Positions 57,572 to 64,000 of a DNA stretch of 64,000 nucleotides are shown here, one piece after another. Below the pieces are notes generated by a model. That model ran no database searches. It was not told where the DNA came from and saw only the letters and a program-made list of their open reading frames with translations. This DNA comes from Candidatus Kapaibacterium sp. Its GTDB lineage: Bacteria; Patescibacteriota; Patescibacteriia; UBA9934. Positions within the stretch are counted from its first letter, which is position 1. Each line of letters begins with the position of its first letter. Location of the stretch: positions 426,676 to 490,675 of the forward strand of contig JBILHA010000001.1 of assembly GCA_044350705.1 (NCBI GenBank), written 5' to 3'. A program made the position numbers and the translations under genes.

Positions 57572-58450
57572 TTATTTTGTTTGTATATTCGTTACCTTAT
57601 AGCCCTTCACTTTGCTTCCTGGATGAAGAGACTCTATTGCATTCATGAGCCACGAGGTGGGCTTTGGAATAACGGAAAGAATGAGGGGATTCTCTGGATT
57701 TGCGAGGATTTCAAATCGTGCGAAGGTGTTTTCCGCAACAATCGTTGGGACTTTTATCTTTTCATCGTTATACAGCAGCGTAAACGATCCCCACTCCGGC
57801 TCTGCGGTGATCGCAATATACTCGTTATAACCATCGGTCAGTGTAGGGACAATTTCATTTCCTTGAATTTTTTCAGCAAACGCCGCCGCACTTTGATAGT
57901 ACGAAAGCAATCCTTCGAGCACGCTATCTGCTCCCCCGAAAATGACGATCGCTTGTCGCGTATTTGCTAATTGCTCGTACTGTGATTTCGATAGCCATAG
58001 AAGACTATTTTCTTGTCCGCTGAAGTCTTGATCGCCTTCGCTCCAAAATGACGGCAAGGCAACGCGCCTTCCCTCTTCAAGGCCATCTGCACGAAGCGTT
58101 CCCGATCGCACGACCTCTTCGTATACCGGCTCGGGCATTTCAGCCTTTGAACCCACGGGAGTATTCATCGCAGCCGCGCGCGCTTCTTGCGATGCTTGCG
58201 TCTCCTGTCGCTCAGTTCTTGTCCAGGCGATCTCTACCGCTCCTGTATCCTTACTCGTAATACGAACCTGCGTCGTCGGCTCATCAGTAAAGGGATTGTC
58301 AAAGCCCGCAACAGTCTCTCGTAAGATCAATTGAGCGTCTTGCCCAACCAGAACGTCGGTTGCGGCTTTTTCTGTTGCCGCAAGAGGATTCGTACAACCA
58401 ACGCCCAAAAATAGACACATGCTCGCAAAGAAAACGGGGAGAGAACGCAT
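57572..58450 (-). CDS. Lipoprotein, hypothetical
   Basis: Signal peptide with lipobox FLGVGC. Confidence 0.75.
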   Translation of the reverse strand: MRSLPVFFASMCLFLGVGCTNPLAATEKAATDVLVGQDAQLILRETVAGFDNPFTDEPTTQVRITSKDTGAVEIAWTRTERQETQASQEARAAAMNTPVGSKAEMPEPVYEEVVRSGTLRADGLEEGRRVALPSFWSEGDQDFSGQENSLLWLSKSQYEQLANTRQAIVIFGGADSVLEGLLSYYQSAAAFAEKIQGNEIVPTLTDGYNEYIAITAEPEWGSFTLLYNDEKIKVPTIVAENTFARFEILANPENPLILSVIPKPTSWLMNAIESLHPGSKVKGYKVTNIQTK

Positions 58451-58473
58451 ATGCAAGCATCATAGCAAACCGC

Positions 58474-58677
58474 CTATTTCTGATAGATGAATATGTCCTC
58501 AATTGCACAGTGAAAGAGTTTCGCAATGCGATATGCCAATAAGAGGCTCGGGGAACAATTGCATTGCTCAAGTGTCGCAATTGTTCTTCGCGAAATTCCG
58601 AGCTTTTGCGCAAGTTCTTCCTGCGTCATTTTTTGCAGTACGCGATATGCGCGTAATTGAGAAGTGAGGGTGCCCAT
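58474..58677 (-). CDS. XRE-family HTH transcriptional regulator (COG1476-like)
   Basis: MTQEELAQKLGISRRTIATLE...PSLLLAYRIAKLF..IEDIF. Confidence 0.9.
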   Translation of the reverse strand: MGTLTSQLRAYRVLQKMTQEELAQKLGISRRTIATLEQCNCSPSLLLAYRIAKLFHCAIEDIFIYQK

Positions 58678-58839
58678 AGTGTTATAAAAGTAACCGTGTG
58701 AGGTCTGTTTAAGGAAGTGAGAGAATAGGGGGGGCTTCGTTGAGATTATCATGGAAAATAAAGCCGTATCGTCGAGAGCTCCCGATCAGGGCTCAGGGAG
58801 TCACCTTCTTTATTTTTGTGTAAAGAATGAAGTATCAAA

Positions 58840-58974
58840 ATGAGAACTTTACTTCACATTCATTTAAAAAACCCAACAGATACTTAAATTGATCTTTTCT
58901 TATAGCGAAAGCGGTGGATCTCAGAAGGTCATTTTTATTGGAAAATATTCACATATGTGAAATAAACTTCACAT
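58840..58974. promoter_or_regulatory. Two palindromic operator-like sites ATG(T/A)GAA-N6-TTCACAT
   Basis: 58840-58859 and 58955-58974 upstream of the XRE gene. Confidence 0.55.
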
Positions 58975-59067
58975 TTCAAAACAGAGTGAAACAATGAAAA
59001 AATAACCCCCATTCTTACCTCCAGAAAGCAGTCAATCCCGCTCTCCTTTACTTCTTTCGCAGAATAT

Positions 59068-59331
59068 CTACATCCCTTCCCCCTTCATCCAGCGTCGCAA
59101 ACGATCTTCATCGCACGATCCACAAATATAGGTTCCGTTTTCATCATTGTAAAAAAAGGGGACTCCTCCGCAGAGACCGCGATCAATGAGCTGCAACTGC
59201 ATGGCATTTGCTTCGTTATTCCACACTTCCATCTTCTTTACTTCGACTCCCAATTCTTTTTCGAGTTTCTCTATCATCGGCATCATTTCAATGCAGTGTG
59301 GGCACGTTTCTCCGTAAAATTCCATGAGCAT
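59068..59331 (-). CDS. Thioredoxin/glutaredoxin-like protein
   Basis: FYGETCPHC, GGVPFF. Confidence 0.85.
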   Translation of the reverse strand: MLMEFYGETCPHCIEMMPMIEKLEKELGVEVKKMEVWNNEANAMQLQLIDRGLCGGVPFFYNDENGTYICGSCDEDRLRRWMKGEGM

Positions 59332-59340
59332 ACAAAGATG

Positions 59341-60213
59341 TTAAGAGGTTTGGTCAGCTTCTTTTATTTTAATACACTTTTTCTCATCCACTGAAATAAA
59401 TGCATCTTTTTGTAATCCCTTGACGAGACGATCGACGCGTTCCTCATCAAAGAGATCGATTTCTCTTCCCACTTCATGACGACGCAGCGTTCCATACTTG
59501 TGTAATGCTCGCAATATGCGGCCGCGATACATCCGATCTGATCCTTCAAATTTCTTCTGCTTCACCTTCACGATATCATCTCCTCCGCAGGGATATGAGG
59601 CACAGATCGTTTGGAGGGGGCAGGTCTCGCACTGCGGTCGCCTCGCGGTGCATTTACTCGCACCCAAGTCCATGAGTGCATGATTCCAAGAGGCAACATC
59701 TTCAGGCACTACTTCTTTTGCGAGTACTGCAATTGCTTTTGCATCTTTTCCATGAAATTTAAATACCCGACGAAGTACCCGATCGATATTCGTATCTACC
59801 GGCGCTGATCCCTTCTTTCTGAATGCAAACGCCGCAACTGCCGCAGCGGTGTACGGACCAATCCCTGGAAGTTCGCGCATCTTTTCTTCTTCGTCGGGGA
59901 AGGCACCCCGCTCCTCTACGGTTGTCGCGAGCTTCTGGAGCATGAGTGCACGGCGGTTATAACCGAGTCCGCTCCATGCGCGCAGCACATCAGCGGTTTT
60001 TGCGCGTGCAAGGGCCTGCCACGTAGGAAACAGCTGCAACCACATTTCCCACTTTGGACGCACCCGATCTACCTGTGTTTGCTGAAGCATCACTTCAGAA
60101 AGCACGATCGCATACGGATCACGAGTTTTTCTCCATGGCAAATCCCGCTTTGCTTTTTCATACCAGGCAAGGAGCATTTCACGCATGGCTGTGATACGCT
60201 CTTGGTGCGTCAT
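59341..60213 (-). CDS. mutY: A/G-specific adenine glycosylase (short MutY)
   Basis: RDLPWR, SEVMLQQTQV, WSGLGYNRRA, LPGIGPYTA, VDTN, C.A..P.C..CPL...C. Confidence 0.9.
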   Translation of the reverse strand: MTHQERITAMREMLLAWYEKAKRDLPWRKTRDPYAIVLSEVMLQQTQVDRVRPKWEMWLQLFPTWQALARAKTADVLRAWSGLGYNRRALMLQKLATTVEERGAFPDEEEKMRELPGIGPYTAAAVAAFAFRKKGSAPVDTNIDRVLRRVFKFHGKDAKAIAVLAKEVVPEDVASWNHALMDLGASKCTARRPQCETCPLQTICASYPCGGDDIVKVKQKKFEGSDRMYRGRILRALHKYGTLRRHEVGREIDLFDEERVDRLVKGLQKDAFISVDEKKCIKIKEADQTS

Positions 60214-60251
60214 ACGCGCTCTACTGTATGCAACCCTCCCCCAACCCCGCA

Positions 60252-60857
60252 ATGCGGTTATCCGCACCAGCCCTCGTCGTCTTTTTCATCCTTTTCCTCA
60301 CCCTCTTTCTTCTTATCGGCAATCGACTAGACTGGAAGATCGCGGGCGGTGCAGGTGCGGGATCCCATGCCGACGCCATTCTCGTGCGTACCACGGATCC
60401 CGCCTCCCCTCTCTCTCTGCAACGAGGAGAAGTGATTACCACCGATGCACGCACTTTTTCTTCCTATCAGGTACATAACCGCTGCACGGTAGATCTTGCA
60501 GAAAATTCCTCCCTTCTTTTTCAGGATGGTCGGACAACCTCTCACGTCTTTGGTTTTCTCACGGGACGCATCGTTGCTCACGGTGATTGCACCTTTGTCA
60601 TCCGAGAAATGGAGATCAGTACTTCTGGGACTGCGACGCTTGTGCATTATTCCTGGCTCGACAAAGTGATCGTGAAAGCCCTCGAGGGGAGTACTGTAGT
60701 GAGCCAGGGCACTGACGTGACGACCGCGCTTACCCCCGAAAGTCCCGCCTATCGTTTCTCTACACTCCCTTCAGATCTCACTCATGAGGCAACCGATTTC
60801 TCCCTTGAGCAGAATAATTTGGTATCATCTTTTTATACATGGAGCTTATCTCAATAA
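60252..60857 (+). CDS. Membrane-anchored protein with FecR-like domain
   Basis: TM; LQRGEVITT..., VDLAENS.L, V.ALEGS..V. Confidence 0.55.
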   Translation: MRLSAPALVVFFILFLTLFLLIGNRLDWKIAGGAGAGSHADAILVRTTDPASPLSLQRGEVITTDARTFSSYQVHNRCTVDLAENSSLLFQDGRTTSHVFGFLTGRIVAHGDCTFVIREMEISTSGTATLVHYSWLDKVIVKALEGSTVVSQGTDVTTALTPESPAYRFSTLPSDLTHEATDFSLEQNNLVSSFYTWSLSQ

Positions 60858-60860
60858 CGT

Positions 60861-61472
60861 ATGGAAGGCGGCAAACACCCAGAAAAAAGAAAAGAATTTC
60901 TCACTCATCCTGCACAGCGGACCAAGGAAAGTCTGCTTGCGGCAATACAAAAAGCTCGCGAAGCGTACGAAATCGGCAAGACGCTTCATCAAGATCCTGA
61001 GGTTCGCACGGGGAGTGAGGCGGCATTCCGCAGCGCACTCAACATCGCGATTTCATGCGTTGATGTCGTCCCTGGCGCAGGAGAAGTAGCTTCATGGGGC
61101 GCTGATCTTCTCAAGATCATAGAAGAGATACAGTATCGTCAAAAAAAGCGCGAGGTCGAGAAAGCAGGAGGTGATGTTTCTCAAATACAACGAAAAAAAT
61201 ACAATCTCACTCCTGATGTACATTTGCTCCTTGCAACAAGCACTGAAGCGCTTGAAGCGCTTTCTTTCTTCACCTTTCCCACCCATGCCTTTGAAACCCT
61301 TAACCAACTTTGGTACGACATTCCCCGCATGATCAAGGGCGCACGGAGAGCACGCGCGCTCTTAGAGGAAGTGCGACAAAAACACGCTCGTGCCCGGGAA
61401 GCCGCCGAGCGTTTTGCCGCTCGTCAGCATTTCGAAGAGTACATGTGGGGAAATGGCGATAAAAAAGAATAA
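60861..61472 (+). CDS. Hypothetical protein
   Basis: 203-aa ORF, DVVPGAGEVASW motif, operon spacing. Confidence 0.65.
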   Translation: MEGGKHPEKRKEFLTHPAQRTKESLLAAIQKAREAYEIGKTLHQDPEVRTGSEAAFRSALNIAISCVDVVPGAGEVASWGADLLKIIEEIQYRQKKREVEKAGGDVSQIQRKKYNLTPDVHLLLATSTEALEALSFFTFPTHAFETLNQLWYDIPRMIKGARRARALLEEVRQKHARAREAAERFAARQHFEEYMWGNGDKKE

Positions 61473-61476
61473 TCGT

Positions 61477-61704
61477 ATGACCGACAAAGAAGCATTACAG
61501 GAGCTTATTTACGTAGCGCCTGTTTCCGAAGAGGATAAGGCGCGCATGCTCGCTTATATTCCGAAAATGACCGATGAGGAAGTACAAGACTTGGGCAGCA
61601 TTCTCGCCGTACAAGAAATGATGCTTGATCAGAAAATTGCGCACGCCATTGAAAAGATTGATACCTTCCTAGATCAGCAGGAAGCAAGGGAAAAAGAGCG
61701 GTAA
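61477..61704 (+). CDS. Small hypothetical protein
   Basis: 75 aa, 4 nt after the upstream stop. Confidence 0.6.
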   Translation: MTDKEALQELIYVAPVSEEDKARMLAYIPKMTDEEVQDLGSILAVQEMMLDQKIAHAIEKIDTFLDQQEAREKER

Positions 61705-61717
61705 TTCCGCTCTTTTT

Positions 61718-63058
61718 TTACAGTTCGTAGACCTGATGCATGCGAGGAATCAGCACTTCTGCATGCGTACTTGCTTGGAGGTACGATGCAAAACTCATCT
61801 TCGCCTCATCCTCTCCGTGCACGAGAAAGATTTTTTCCACACTTCCCTCTTCTGGGTGCAGCCACCGCGCGAGCTTCCCTCGATCCCCATGCGCCGAAAA
61901 TGATCCGATCATTTCTACCTCTGCACGTACCTCGGTTTCCTGGCCGAATATTTTTACGGTTGGTGCTTTATTGAGGATCTTTCTCCCGAGGGTTCCCGGA
62001 GCTTGGAATCCAATGACGAGCAACCCCGCACGCGCGTCACCGAGATAGCGCTTGAGGTGATGGAGAATCCTTCCTCCGGTCATCATGCCATTCCCCGCAA
62101 TAATAATTTTTGGCCCATGATCGTCATTGATCTTTTTACTTTCGTCCGCAGAAAGTGTTTCGCGGAGCGAAGGGAAAGAAAAGAAGTCAGTCTGCATGAG
62201 GGGGTGATCCACGCGCAAATGATGCGCAAAGTGGCGATAGATCGATGTCGCACGGATCGCGAGCGGACTATCAAGATAAATCGGTACATGCGGCAGTCTT
62301 CCCTGCGTAATAAGCAGGTCTAGCTCATAGAGTAGCTCTTGGGTGCGCTCCACCGAGAATGCGGGAATAAGGAGCGTTCCTCTTCTCCCAAGCACCTTCT
62401 TTGCAAAAGAAAGGAGTCTTTCTCCGCGCTCTGCGGTCGGTTCGTGATCCCGATCTCCGTACGTCGCCTCACATACGACATAGTTTGCGCGGTGCAAGGG
62501 CTCGGTATCCGGAAGAATGGGCACATCATCGTTTCCAATGTCCCCCGAGAATACAAAACGTTTTCCTTCGACATCAATTGAAATGTACGCAGAACCAAGA
62601 ATGTGTCCGGCATCATGGAACATGATTGAAATACCTGGCGCAGGTTCAAACGCTGTATGGTAATTCACGCCATGCACCTGACTCAGCATGGCGTCTTTAT
62701 CTTCTTTGCTATAGGGAACTTCATCGCCGCAGCGCTCAGCATTCTCTCGCATGATATTGAGCGAATCTTCAAGCACAATATCCGCAAGCGCCTTAGTGGG
62801 AGGCGTCATAAAAATAGGTCCGGTATACCCTTGAGCGATAAGCTCAGGCAAACGTCCCGTATGATCGAAGTGCGCATGCGTGACTACCACTGCAACGATC
62901 TTTTTGACATCAAATGAAAAAGGGTCGAGCGTGCGCAATATGCACAATCGCTCGCCCTGCTTCATACCACAATCAATAAGCACGTTCCCTGCTGCCGTTT
63001 CAAGCAAGAAACACGATCCCGTCACCTCCTCTGTGGCACCGTGAAACGACAGCTTCAT
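61718..63058 (-). CDS. MBL-fold beta-CASP ribonuclease (YSH1-like)
   Basis: GATEEVTGSC, THAHFDHTG, AGHILG, EATYG, PAFSVERTQE, FSAHGD, LVHGE. Confidence 0.93.
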   Translation of the reverse strand: MKLSFHGATEEVTGSCFLLETAAGNVLIDCGMKQGERLCILRTLDPFSFDVKKIVAVVVTHAHFDHTGRLPELIAQGYTGPIFMTPPTKALADIVLEDSLNIMRENAERCGDEVPYSKEDKDAMLSQVHGVNYHTAFEPAPGISIMFHDAGHILGSAYISIDVEGKRFVFSGDIGNDDVPILPDTEPLHRANYVVCEATYGDRDHEPTAERGERLLSFAKKVLGRRGTLLIPAFSVERTQELLYELDLLITQGRLPHVPIYLDSPLAIRATSIYRHFAHHLRVDHPLMQTDFFSFPSLRETLSADESKKINDDHGPKIIIAGNGMMTGGRILHHLKRYLGDARAGLLVIGFQAPGTLGRKILNKAPTVKIFGQETEVRAEVEMIGSFSAHGDRGKLARWLHPEEGSVEKIFLVHGEDEAKMSFASYLQASTHAEVLIPRMHQVYEL

Positions 63059-63062
63059 AGAT

Positions 63063-63287
63063 TTAGCCTTCCTGACAACGTCGCTCGAACTCGGTATATC
63101 GAGCGCGTAGATGAGTAATATGACCTTCAATATTCTGGTCCTCATTTAATTCTCCCATACGAAGCATGTCGTCAATAACTTCTTCCACAAGAGCGTGATA
63201 CTGCTCTTCACCAGCAATACCCTGCATCATGCCTTCTTCAACAATACGTTCGAAAATTTCTTCTTCAGAAAATGTAAGATTATCCAT
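63063..63287 (-). CDS. Small acidic hypothetical protein
   Basis: 74 aa, 4 nt upstream of the MBL gene. Confidence 0.6.
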   Translation of the reverse strand: MDNLTFSEEEIFERIVEEGMMQGIAGEEQYHALVEEVIDDMLRMGELNEDQNIEGHITHLRARYTEFERRCQEG

Positions 63288-63425
63288 ATAAGGTGATTAC
63301 AGGGAAAGTATACCGAGGATACGCATGAGCGCAAAGTGAAGAGCGGGGAAAAAGAGGGGTTTTTCGTATTTGTAAAATTTTCTTAAAAACGCTAAAATGG
63401 CGCATTCCTTGGTTTATCCGCATTT

Positions 63426-64000
63426 ATGCTCAACTGGTCCTCCCTCCCCAAGCCCATTGTCTGCCTTTCTCCTATGGCCGACATGACCGACTCCGCTTTT
63501 TGCCAAGTCGTGCGCGAAGTTACCGAAGAAAAAGGTCAGAAAAATGACCACCTTATTGTTTTTCGAGAAATGGTCTCCGCTGAAGCGGTGGTTCGCGGTA
63601 ATGAAAAGACGCTCGACATGACTGATATTCATCCGGCAGAGCGCCCCCTCGTGCAGCAGATTTTCGGGAGCGATCCTGCAACCATGGCCGCTGCCGCACA
63701 AAAAATAGAGGCGGAACATCATCCTGAAGGATTTGATATCAACATGGGTTGTCCCGTGTATAAAATTGTGCACAACTTTAACGGGTGCGCGCTCATGAAA
63801 GACCCTGCCGTTGCCGCACAGATCGTGAAGGAAATGAAAAAGGTGATCACCGTTCCGCTTTCCGTAAAAATTCGCTTAGGCTGGTCTGACCCGACAGACT
63901 GCCTTACCTTCGTTGAAGTGCTCGAAGATGCGGGGGCGGACCTGATCACCATCCACGGCCGCACAAAGGCGCAAGGCTACTCGGGCGTTGCTGATTGGCG
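63426..64000 (+). CDS. tRNA-dihydrouridine synthase (DusB-like), partial
   Basis: Not in ORF track. MLNWSSLPKPIVCLSPMADMTD..EMVS..QIFG..DINMGCP..KIRLG..HGRT..QGYSGVADW; runs off the window. Confidence 0.92.
   Translation, partial: MLNWSSLPKPIVCLSPMADMTDSAFCQVVREVTEEKGQKNDHLIVFREMVSAEAVVRGNEKTLDMTDIHPAERPLVQQIFGSDPATMAAAAQKIEAEHHPEGFDINMGCPVYKIVHNFNGCALMKDPAVAAQIVKEMKKVITVPLSVKIRLGWSDPTDCLTFVEVLEDAGADLITIHGRTKAQGYSGVADW

Overview
Bacterial chromosomal window (standard code 11, dense coding, few Shine-Dalgarno sites). Gene style suggests a Patescibacteria/CPR genome, possibly Uhrbacteria-like (inference). Core content: divergent CPD-type and bacterial cryptochrome/(6-4)-type photolyases, MacAB-like ABC exporter, ECF sigma factor with a putative anti-sigma, peroxiredoxin, murJ, pduL, cysS, a CIRCE-controlled hrcA-grpE-dnaK-dnaJ cluster, glmS, murF, rlmD, uppS, era, mutY, a beta-CASP nuclease, a partial dus gene, tRNA-Glu(CTC), tRNA-Arg(CCG) and two giant surface proteins. 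The most unusual locus is tRNA-Glu, which carries an insertion at each end. (i) At its 5' end is a ~0.4 kb unit with a GIY-YIG nuclease gene and a perfect four-way-junction fold, flanked by an exact 22-bp duplication of the tRNA 5' end that finishes on the nuclease stop codon. (ii) At its 3' end is a ~3.3 kb serine-recombinase element whose att core lies inside the recombinase ORF, so excision would swap the enzyme's C-terminus in frame. Also notable: an AT-rich putative defence island (HEPN-like gene, structured intergenic RNA candidate, MazG-like, DUF2075 nuclease-helicase, PD-(D/E)XK-like gene, DUF4357 remnant), a REP-like palindrome inserted in frame in cysS, recurrent ACTCCCCTC nonamer repeats and apparent leaderless promoters. 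All calls are by eye from motifs; no database searches were run.
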